The notes under the pieces are model-generated. The model searched no databases. It was given only the letters and a program-made list of their open reading frames with translations, and was not told the DNA's origin. From Octopus sinensis (Eukaryota), in contig NC_043014.1 of the NCBI RefSeq assembly GCF_006345805.1, positions 16,368,001 through 16,432,000 of the forward strand: 64,000 nucleotides of DNA, in the 5' to 3' direction. Position 1 is the stretch's first letter. Each line of letters opens with the position of its first letter. A program made the position numbers and the translations under genes. This document shows positions 11,975 through 21,900 of the stretch, piece after piece.

Positions 11975-12601
11975 TTATTGGAGCCTATTATGAACATTAC
12001 TGATGTTTCTCAGTTTGGAAACTGATTTATATACATCCTGCAGACATGGCACTGCATCTGGTATATTCCAAAAATCACTAATTGTCACAAGGAATGGGTT
12101 TTTCCAATATGACTTCAAAATGGAACCAAAATATTTGGATGCATGAACTCAATGGTTTTGGCAATTTTGTTTGATGCCTAACATTTCTGACAATACACCA
12201 ATCCAAACATCATCTGGCATGAGCATTTTGTTCTTCAATGATGCCAGATAGAGTTTGTTGATTACATTAATATGTGCTATGTAACCAACACCATGACAAT
12301 ATATAGGATAGTCTCCCCTTGATACAACATTTCCTCACTGAGTTCATGGAATTTTTTGTTTTTGTGATGGTCTGATTTTCTTCCAGGAAAGCAATTACAA
12401 AATGCAAAATGATTATCATAATCAACTTGAGACAAATCATAATGAAGAAGTGGCAGAAGTTTGATCTGGTCAACAAAAAGTTCATCATTTAATACCATAA
12501 CATATTCCACATTGGCACAAAACTCCACACTCTACTTCCATGCCATAAGTGTCTTTAAGTAGACATTACCATAAGAATGTTGGAGGGAGTCTAAGAAATG
12601 T
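11975..12601 (-). pseudogene. Beta-1,3-galactosyltransferase-like (GT31/Galactosyl_T) catalytic exon, disrupted
   Basis: Manual translation after acceptor cttacctacag (12602): HFLDSLQHSYGNVYLKTLMAWK*SVEFCANVEYVMVLNDELFVD...YQGE, frameshift at ~12310-12320, then DYPIYCHGVGYIAHINVINKLYLASLKNKMLMPDDVWIGVLSEMLGIK..NH*VHAS...RLQ*. This matches the GT31 motifs NLTLKT..KW...C.....K.DDDVFV and YP.YC.G.GY...EDV..G. Confidence 0.85.
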
Positions 12602-13219
12602 CTGTAGGTAAGACTTTATATGAAGGGTGTATAATTTTTTGGGTGGTGGTAATAATAATAATCATAATACCACCTTGGGGTCCTTTCGATTAGTACTGAG
12701 GAGAGGGGATGAAGGATGAAGACTGATAAGTTTTTTGAGGGGATGGGTAGGGATTCCTTCTATTTTGTTATACAACCTTTTCATCTTTTTTTACAAAATA
12801 TATATGTATGCATATAAAAGAGGGGAAGGGAAACGGGAATGAGCGGGGTTATTCATTTTTCTTTTCTTTCTTTTTTTTTTTTTAATATTTTTAAATATTC
12901 ATTTCAGTTCACAGTTCTCTACAACTAGACCAAAAAACAAAAGTGAAAAATCACTCACACATATTACAGAATGGAGTTGGACAAGTGATGTGTAGTTAGA
13001 AGAATGCTTTTTCTCACCCAGAGTTTTACACCAAATCCAGTTCCATCGAACTAATATTCATAGATCTGCTCTTGCTCCCACCCCTGCATTACATTACCCC
13101 CACCAATGTTAAGGCTTTCTTGTTAATGTCATTGTTGTTGTGGTGTGGTAAATGGTTCAATAGACCCTCTCACCCTAACGTGTTTATGTTAAGATCTTTT
13201 CTTCAAAGATTCTCAAAGT

Positions 13220-14223
13220 TCAGAGTCCGTACTTCAGCCTCCAAGTTTCTCTGTTGGAAACTAACAAAATCTCTGCCCTGCTCCCCACCTCTCCTTTCCA
13301 CTTCTTCCTCCTCCTCATCCTCCTCCACCTCCTCATCGCCATCATCACTCGACGTCTTGCCTTCGAATGATGTGAGAGAACATGGCGTTGGTGGCATGGC
13401 AGAGAGTCGACTTTACCGACGATAGCCTCCAAGTTTCTCTGTTGGAAAGTTACAAAATCTCTGCCCTGCTCCCCACCTCTCCTTTCCACTTCTTCCTCCT
13501 CCTCCTCATCGGCATCATCACTCGACGTGTTGCCTTCGAACGATGTGAGAGAACATGGCGTTGGTGGCATGGCAGAGAGTCGACTTTGCCGACGATGACG
13601 GGCATTGCAACTGCTGCTGTTGTTTCGTGCCTCACCACTTCTACGGCACTGTTTGGCCGACACTACTGCACCTGTATCCAGTGACCCGTCAGATGCTGAT
13701 GATGTCGAAGAGGAAGGAGAAGGGTAACTACTAGTACTCAAGTTTGTTGTTGACACTTCTGTTTCTGAACTTGTTGCCCGACCTTCGTCAAGGCTTGTGT
13801 TTTTCTTCTTGCGGGTTATCCGGTAGTCTTTTGAATCTTTCCCTTCCTTGTGCAGGATCTGAGTTAGCTTTCGACGACGTGCGTTGGTGAACCCATCCTC
13901 AGAGGCAATCACACTTTTTTCTCGGGGTGTTGCTGCTACTGCTGCTGTAGATTTTGCAGAAGGCACTACACGGGAGGCAATGACAGAATTCATCGGATTT
14001 TCAACAACAGGTTGAAGCAGTGAGAGCTTGGCAAAGGGCTTGACCTGCCGAGAAAATGGAGTGCTACAGATCTGATCTGGCAGTAGCAAGGTCTCCTCTT
14101 TTATAGCAACAGACTTCAGTGGTAAGTTCACATGGTGGTGGTCGTGATGTTGGTGATGATGGCTGTTATATGTGGAATATGTTGTTAATGGATCTACACT
14201 GGGCTCTGCTTTGATCTTGGTTA
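13220..14223 (-). CDS. TGIF-like terminal exon copy B: homeodomain deleted, C-terminal region retained (may be a pseudo-exon)
   Basis: Acceptor ttttcag| at 14224, phase 1; open to the stop at 13220. About 97% identical to copy A but reads VIAS-ED-G-FTNARRRK in place of the homeodomain. The C-terminus has MPPTP, an acidic tract and QGRDFV(S/T)FQ, reminiscent of the TGIF C-terminal PPPTPP/QDFSGFQ. Confidence 0.55.
13236..13596. repeat. Tandem duplication within exon B (units 13236-13423, 188 bp; 13424-13596, 173 bp)
   Basis: agcctccaagtttctctgttggaaa...gccgacgat occurs twice, back to back. Confidence 0.95.
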
Positions 14224-14862
14224 CTGAAAAAGAAAAAAGAAAATGAAAAAATATTAATGTGGATCAATACAAAGAAAATAAATTTAAGTAATACTTTATC
14301 AAATAAAGAAAGACGAAAAGCTTAACTTCTTTCATTACCAACCTCCTTGAGTCTGCTCTTTCTTCTGCAATACTATCCTTCTGTTTTATCAAAATTCACA
14401 TTAATTTATGTTCTAAGAACTAACTAGATTCTTTAATAATTTCAAAATTAATTGAACTGAATGCAGTGTATATCAATAGAAATAAGGTAATGAAAGGATT
14501 CAGTCAACACTGGTACGTAACTAAATACCTCTAAGTATAGGTCACATACACTTGTCAAATCAAAGCAAATATGTAAATTAGTTGACCTGTCCTGCATCTA
14601 TGCTATGGGTCATTCAGCATTAACAATGAGAATGTGGGGTTTAAAAACAAAGCTAACAGCTCAGGCTCCAAGTAAAGAAATAATTTCTAACACAGCTTTT
14701 TAAGCTGGAGGAGTCAATTTCTTAGACTAGTCATTATTCTAGTCCCCTCTTAGAAGAATAAAAGCTAAAGTCAACCCTGAGGGAGTTTGAACTCAAAATG
14801 TAAAATGGGTAAGGCACAATTTCTGAAGACCTACCAGGTACCTAACTTCCTTATCATAATAA
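13715..14862. repeat. Segmental duplication copy B (13715-14528 = 15159-16128; 14526-14862 = 21056-21377)
   Basis: Direct sequence identity. The ~4.9-kb segment 16129-21055 is missing from this copy, joined at a 3-bp tac microhomology. Confidence 0.92.
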
Positions 14863-15140
14863 TAGTAATCACAACACCAACCTATTATAGGCACAAGGCC
14901 TGAAAGTTGGTGGGAGGGAATGGTCAATTACACTGATCCTGGCACTTATTTCTATCAACTCAAAGAATGAAAGGCCAAGTCAACCTTGGCAGAATTTGAA
15001 TGCAGAACACAATGATGGATGAAATGCTGCTGAGTATTTTGTTCAAAGTACTAATGATTCTGCCGCTCACAGCCACAATTCCTTAAATAACCCTCTCTAC
15101 TACAGGCACAAGGTGTGAAATACGGAGGTAAGGGGAATAG

Positions 15141-15835
15141 TCAATCATATAAACTGGTAGGAGAAGGGTAACTGCTATTACTCAAGTTTGTTGTTGACAC
15201 TTCTGTTTCTGAACTTGTTGCCCGACCTTTGTCAAGGCTTGTGTTTTTCTTCTTGCGGCTTATCCGGTAGTCTTTTGAATCTTTCCCTTCCTTGTGCAGG
15301 ATCTGAGTTAGCTTTCGATGACGTGCGTTGACGAACCAGGCTGACACCTGTTTCTGCTTTATGTTCAGAATAGTCGCCATCTTCAGTATATCATCCTCAC
15401 TGGGATACGCATGGTAGCGGTTCGACTTGAGCCAATCAGTCATTACACGAACTGCCTTTTTTGGCAGATTTCCTTGATACTGTCGTTTGCACCTGACCTT
15501 AGAGGCAATCACATTTTTATCTCGGGGTGTTGCTGCTACTGCTGCTGTAGATTTTGCAGAAGGCACTACACGGGAGGCAATGACAGAATTCATCGGATTT
15601 TCAACAACAGTTTGAAGTGGTGAGAGCTTGGCAAAGGGCTTGACCTGCCGAGAAAATGGAGGGTCTATTGGAGTGCTACAGATCTGATCTGGAAGTAGCA
15701 AGGTCTCCTCTTTTATAGCAACAGACTTCAGTGGTAAGTTCACATGGTGGTGGTCGTGATGTTGGTGATGATGGCTGTTATATGTGGAATATGTTGTTAA
15801 TGGATCTACACTGGGCTCTGCTTTGATCTTGGTTA
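15141..15835 (-). CDS. TGIF: TGIF-like TALE homeobox terminal exon copy A (homeodomain ~15488-15300; C-terminus truncated)
   Basis: KRQYQGNLPKKAVRVMTDWLKSNRYHAYPSEDDILKMATILNIKQKQVSAWFVNARHRKL has the TALE three-residue extension with the TGIF-type AYP loop and GNLPK/DWL/WF.NAR. Acceptor ttttcag| at 15836. Homology to copy B ends at 15159, where SINE sequence supplies the stop. Orthology to TGIF is not proven. Confidence 0.8.
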
Positions 15836-18224
15836 CTGAAAAAGAAAAAATATTAATGAGGATCAATACAAAGAAAATAAATTTAAGTAATACTTTATCA
15901 AATAAAGAAAGACGAAAAGCTTAACTTCTTTTATTACCAACCTCCTTGAGACTGCTCTTTGTTCTGCAATTACTATCCTTCTGTTTTATCAAAATTCACA
16001 TTAATTTATGTTCTAAAAACTAACTGGATTCTTTATTAATTTCAAAATTAATTGAACTGAATGCAGTGTATATCAAAAGAAATATGGTAATGAAAAGATT
16101 AAGTCAACATTGGTACGTAACTAAATACTTGCAAGACAAATTTCATCCCAACACAATGTAAAAAGTAAGAACCTCTTTTGGTCATGAACGACCATGAGAT
16201 TGTACCTAGAAAGTTCCCCTGCAAGGCACAAATCTAGGCAAAGTTGTTTATGGAAGACCAGCATCCATTCACCGGGCCACCGATGTGCTCCAAGGGAAAG
16301 GCAAAGGTTGATACAGCTTGGCACCAGTAACATCACAACTCATTTCTACAGATGAGTGAACTGGAGAAATGTGAAATAGAGTGTCTGGCTCAAAAACATA
16401 TTCAACCCAGACAGGAAATCGAACTCACAAACTCATGATTGTGAGCCGAATGCTCTAACCACTGGACCATGCAAATTCATAGTAATAATTCCTGATATTA
16501 ACATTCGGGTACCTTCAGCATGAGCGTTCCAATGTCCTCTTTTCCAAGCATGCATGGGTCAAATGGAATTTGTTGACTTTCTACAGATGGCTGCCCATCC
16601 TGTTACTAACCTTCACTTGATTCCAAGCAAGATGTGTCTCACAAGAGAATGGAAATAAATAACACTGCCTGTATGTCAGTGATGCTCACAACCACCACGT
16701 GATGTCAAGAGATGGGCACATACATATATATTGAGCTTCTTTCTGTTTCCAACTACCAAATCAACTCAGAAGGCTTTGGTTGGCCAAGAGACCTGCCCAA
16801 GTACTGCACAGTGGGACTGAACCTTAAACCACACAGCTGGGAAGCTTGATATCTACAAAGCCCAAGTTGTAGAGCAGCATTATATCGTTTGATTAAATTA
16901 ATTCTAGTATATGATTAGTACTCATTTTATTGTCCCCAGAAGAATAAAAATTGAAGTTGATTTCTGTGAGATTTAAACCCAAAACCCTAGGCATTTTTTT
17001 TCATCAAGCCAAGCGAAATTGTAGTCATGGCCAATGCTGGTGTCATGTAAAAGCAGCCATTACACTCTTGGAGTGGTTGGCATTAGGAAGAGCATCCAGT
17101 CATAGAAACCATACCAAGTTAAACCGGAACCTGATGCAGCTCTCAAGCTTATCACTTCTAGTCACACCACCAAACCCATGCTAGCATGGAAAACGAACAT
17201 TAAATGATAATGATGATGACTACAAATTCAGCCATTTCCACAATTATATTAATTATAACATAGGCAGAAGACCACAGATGTAAGGAGAGGAAACTGACAA
17301 ATAGTTATCATCATCACCATTTTAACATCCATTTTGCATGCTTGTACAGGTCAAACAGAATTTGTTGAGGCAGATTTCTATGAACTTTACATTGCAACCC
17401 TCATCTGTTTCCAAGCTAATATTTCCTCAATGGACAAGCATGTTTTCCTAGAAGACTAAAAACAAAAGACACTACTTGTATGAAATGATGCTCAATTCAA
17501 ACTATCACATGATGTCAAGACAAGGAATCACAAACATACACAACCGTACATGTGCACACACACACGACCAGTTGCCATCTACCAAATCCATTCACAAGGC
17601 CTTGTGTGAGCTTGTAGCAGAGGACACTTGGCCAAAAGGAAGGGCTCTGTCAGAGGAGAAAAAAAACAGCGCATGATACTGTTTGGAATTTCTGTAAGTA
17701 GGAAGAGGAGGAAGAGAATTTGCCTTCAGATCAGAAACCTTGCTTACTTGTGACAGAATGGACTCTGCTAAAGGAACTGAAGGGATTAAAGACAAAACTG
17801 ACCTTGGTAGGATTTGAACTCTGAATGTAAAGAACCAGAACAATACCATAAAATATGCTATCTGACACTAATAAGTATGCCGTTTTGCCACCTTGATAAT
17901 AATTGGTTTTGAAGACCAGGAATTTAGAGGGGAGGTGGACTGATTAAATTGACACTTGTACTTGACTGGTACTTTATCGATCCTCGGAGGATAAAATACA
18001 AAGTTGACCATGGCAAAATTTAAACTCAAAAAAAAAAAAAAAAGAAAAAAAAATCCTATAAATACTGCAAGGCATTCTGTCTGATGATCTATCAAATTCT
18101 GCCAATCACTGTTTTTCAAAGCCATTTGATAAAAGTCCATTATTTTCGAAATTTTGAAACAAAAGGCAGCGTCAAAAGGATTTAGCGTGAATCACTATCT
18201 TCAATCACTATTTCATATATATAT

Positions 18225-18620
18225 ACTCTTTTACTTGTTTCAGTCATTTGACTGCGGCCATGCTGGAGCACCGCCTTTAGTCGAGCAAATTGACCCCGGG
18301 TCTTATTCTTTGTAAGCAAAGTACTTATTCTATCGGTCTCTTTTGCCGAACCGCTAGGTGACTGGGATGTAAACACACCAGCATGGGTTGTCAAGCAATG
18401 CTAGGGGGACAAACACAGACACTCAAAAACACACATATACATATATATATACATATATACGACAGGCTTGTTTCAGTTTCCATCTACCAAATCCACTCAC
18501 AAGGCATTGGTCGGCCCGGGGCTATAGCAAAAGACACTTGCCCAAGATGCCATGCAGTGGGACTGAACCCGGAACCATGTGGTGGGTTAGCAAGCTACTT
18601 ACCACACAGCCACTCCTGCG

Positions 18621-18625
<5 letters not shown>
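18225..18625 (-). mobile_element. Full-length CORE-type SINE
   Basis: Same head, CORE and tail as 3962-4392. Confidence 0.9.
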
Positions 18626-18663
<38 letters not shown>

Positions 18664-19781
18664 GGACTCTCTTGTCATTAGACAACGTATGAGTGTTTGG
18701 CAATTTCTTGCTGAAAAACCACACAGATCATTTGTTTGCAGTGATCAAATGTTTGTGTTCACATAACCTCACTCCCTCCATCAGATCAACATTACCTGTA
18801 CAGGTGCACCATGTGTCACATGTCAGATGGCGAAATGATCACAGAGCAACATGAAATGAAGTGCTCTGCTCAAGGAACACAATGCAACGTCCGGTCTTGG
18901 AATCAAAACCACCATCTTGCAATCGTGAGTGCAACACTGTAACCACTAAGTCATGCACCATCACGATATATATATATGTGTGTATATATATATGCACAGG
19001 CATGGTTGGGTGGTTGAGTAGCTTGCTTTCAATCCATGTGGGTTTGGGTTCATGTGGTACTTTGAGCAAGTGTCTTTAAACTACCCACTTGGCATGAACA
19101 ATGTTTGCTTGTCTACATCCCCCCGTAACTTAGCAGTTCAGCAAAAGAGTCAACAGAACAAGTACCAGACTCAGAAAAGAAAAAAAATTGTAATAAATAC
19201 TGGGTTGATTGATCTGTTTGAACTCTTGAAGGCAATACGCCAACACAGCTGCTGCAGTCCAATGAGTGATGTTAGCAAATGTGTGTGTGTGTGTGTATTG
19301 CTGTGAGGGTTTTGCATGTAAACAGATCCAACATATAAAAAGAAAAAAGCAGCCTCTCCATCACTTCACACATGACTGATTAGCACCAGCACCCCCACTA
19401 TACTCTGTAAAGTGGTTGGCATTAACAAGGGTTTCCAGTTGTAGAAACAATGCCAAAAATGTCATTGGAACTTGACATGGCCTTGCAGTTAGCCAATATC
19501 TGTGAAACCATCCTACCCATGCCAGTATGGTAAGTGAACATTAAATGATAATGCTGGACCCGATACTCTGCCTGGTCCAGGAATCAAACCTCTGACCACT
19601 AAATAATTCTACACTAAATAACACATGAATCTAGTGAATGAATGCATGCATGCATATATATATATATGAAAGCATTATTGTTGTTAAAAACAGCAATAAT
19701 GAGGTGGTTAGGAAGACTTCTACCTTAATAGGTGTAATATTAAATATATGAATAAAAGGGTAAAAATACTGCTTGACAAAG

Positions 19782-20123
19782 ATGAAAGCGAAAGCTTCAA
19801 AAACAACCAATCCTACGATTAAATACACACACGAGCAATGCAATGAACAACAGAGTGGGACGTTTAAAGTTCAAAACGCACACGAGTTGACGTAGTTAAT
19901 ATTTTGGAAATAGATGTTGCTATCTCCAACTGAAGATTGCAAAGCATGTTTTCTCATGAACAGCATGAAATCAATTGATATTGGGGTATGTAAACTACCT
20001 TCAAATTCCATCCTGAAGGTAAGCCTATTTTTTAAAGTGTTCATGATGATGATGATGATTCACTGCATTGCTCGTGTGTGTATTTATTGTAGGATTGGTG
20101 GTTTTTGAACCTTTCGCTTTCAT
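19782..20123. repeat. Inverted repeat, arms 19782-19847 and 20059-20123 (~92% identical)
   Basis: ttca(t/c)tgcattgctcgtgtgtgtattta..gtaggattgg..gtttttgaa.ctttcgctttcat occurs on opposite strands. Confidence 0.85.
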
Positions 20124-20198
20124 ATATATATGCTATGTTGGAAAAACATGTGAGCACAATTCAGCACAGGAATGATTGTTAAAAATATCGTCTCATAC

Positions 20199-20408
20199 CT
20201 TCCATAGTGTACTAGCAAATGCCAACCTTCAATTTACTCCCTTAGCAATAATCTGCCCCAGACTGCAAGATCAGGATCAACTGCAACAGTTTTTAGGGAA
20301 ACAGACTTCACACATCACAGACATGGAGTCTTGTCTTGGGAAGCAGTGATTCAGGATAACATTTTGCAAGCAAGACAAATTCTGACAATCAGAAAGCAGG
20401 CATCCGGC
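20199..20408 (-). CDS. Predicted start exon of the TGIF-like gene (5' UTR plus ATG GAA G; CDS 20205-20199)
   Basis: Acceptor ctctttag| at 20409. ATG in acactATGG context with an in-frame TAG 6 nt upstream. Strong donor AAG|GTATGA in phase 1, matching the acceptors at 15835 and 14223 and giving MEVTKIKAEP. Prediction only; a weaker alternative mini-exon (ATG GAA TTT GAA G|gtagtt) lies near 20012-20000. Confidence 0.55.
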
Positions 20409-20505
20409 CTAAAGAGCAGTAGCAGAATACATACTGATACAGTGTAGAGGAGGCGCTTCAGTTTTGCAATAAAAAAAAATAAAACTGAGTCGAATCAAAG
20501 AAAAC

Positions 20506-20544
<39 letters not shown>

Positions 20545-20820
20545 GCTAGCACCCCCTTGACTGGCTTCCATGCCGGTGGCACGTAAAAAGCTCCAACTGA
20601 TTATGGCCGATGCGAGACTCGCCTGGCACCTGTGCCGGTGGCATGTAAAAAGCATCCACTACACTCATGGAGTGGTTGGCGTTAGGAAAGGCATCTAGCT
20701 GTAGAAACACTGCCAGATCAGACTGGAGCCTGGTGCAGCCTCATAGCTTTCCAGACCCTGGTCGAACCGTCCAACCCATGCTAGCACAGAAAACGGACGT
20801 TAAACGATGATGATGATGAT
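20545..20820 (+). mobile_element. 5'-truncated RTE 3' tail
   Basis: gtgccggtggcacgtaaaaag...ggacgttaaacgatgatgatg. Confidence 0.85.
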
Positions 20821-20889
20821 ATATATACATACATACAACATATACAAAATCTGCTGAATCATCATTGTGTTGATGTAAAAATATTCAGT

Positions 20890-21145
20890 TGTCAAATCAA
20901 CAAATATGTAAATCAATTGACCTGACCTAAATCTAAGTGGACACTTGGATTGTCAAACCAATACCAATATATAAATTAGTTTGACCTGACCTACATCTAT
21001 GCTGTGGGTCATTCACAAGTGTCAAACCAACACCAATGTATTAGCTGACTTGGCCTACCTCTAAGTATAGGTCACATACACTTGTCAAATCAAAGCAAAT
21101 ATGTAAATTAGTTGACCTGTCCTGCATCTATGCTATGAGTCATTC
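20890..21145. repeat. Degenerate 4-unit minisatellite (61-69 bp), each unit starting TGTCAAA
   Basis: TGTCAA at 20890, 20951, 21020 and 21083, each followed by aatat.taaat..gttgacctg.cct..atcta-like sequence. Confidence 0.75.
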
Positions 21146-21384
21146 AGCATTAACAATGAGTAAGTGGGGTTTAACAACAAAGCTAACAGCTCAGGTTCCA
21201 AGTAAAGAAATAATTTCTAACACAGCTTATTAAGCTGGAGGAGTCAATTTCTTAGACTAGTCATTATTCTAGTCACCTCATAGAAGAATAAAGGCTAAAG
21301 TTTGAACTCAAAATGTAAAAGGGGTAAGGCACAATTTCTAAAGACCTACCAGGTACCTAACTTCCTTATCATAATAAAGCAAAG

Positions 21385-21900
21385 TCGACCTTGACGAGAC
21401 TTGAACTCAGAATGTAAAAATGGACGAAATATTGCTAAGCATTTTGTCACCTTAATAATAAAAATGATAAAAATTCTTTCTTGTGGAAGCACAAAGCCTC
21501 AAATTTGGAGGAAGGCATTAAGTTGATTACATCGACCCCAGGGCGTAACAGGTACTTATTTAATCGATCCTGAAAGGATGAAAGAAAGATGACTTTGGCG
21601 GAATTTGAACTCAGAAATGTAATGGCAAATGAAATACAGCTAAGCATTTCCTCCAGCACACTAATAATCCTGCCAGCTCACCACTTTAATCTTTTCTACT
21701 ATAGGCACAAGGCCTGAAATTTGGCAGGAAGGGGTTAGTCAATCAGTGCTTGACTGGCACTTGTCTCATCGACCCTGAAAGGATGAAAGGCAAAGTCAAG
21801 CTTGGTGGAATTCGAACTCAGAACACAATGGCAGACGAAATATGGCTACGCATTTCACCCGGCGTGCTAACGATTCTGCCAGCTTGTCATCTTAACGATG
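21385..21900 (-). mobile_element. tRNA-derived SINE cluster (second family)
   Basis: Reverse-complement copies of ggatgaaaggcaaagtc...gaatttgaactcagaa. Confidence 0.8.

Larger units (their letters stand above)
15159..21377. repeat. Segmental duplication copy A (full-length unit)
   Basis: Both ends match copy B; bounded by SINE fragments on each side. Confidence 0.85.

Noticed and set aside
11975-12601. Functional link between a GT31 gene and nearby dystroglycan (B3GALNT2 is a GT31 enzyme acting on dystroglycan)
   Set aside because: The motifs are generic GT31, the copy is disrupted and it lies ~39 kb away. Nothing in the sequence identifies it as B3GALNT2.
13072-13684. + strand ORFs 13072-13425 and 13382-13684
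   Set aside because: They are antisense shadows of the low-complexity exon B; no independent motifs.
13715-14528. Copy B as a processed retrocopy with the homeodomain spliced out
   Set aside because: B retains the upstream intron, and the deletion ends do not match the GT-AG pair (taag is also lost). It is a DNA-level duplication with microhomology deletions.
17748-17776. 29-nt - strand cassette exon with good splice signals (VPLAESILSQ)
   Set aside because: It ends in phase 0, while the downstream acceptors are phase 1; unsupported without RNA data.
19631-19843. Hydrophobic ORF as the missing GT31 membrane anchor
   Set aside because: It has no ATG, an upstream in-frame stop and no GT31 motifs, and it overlaps one arm of an inverted repeat.
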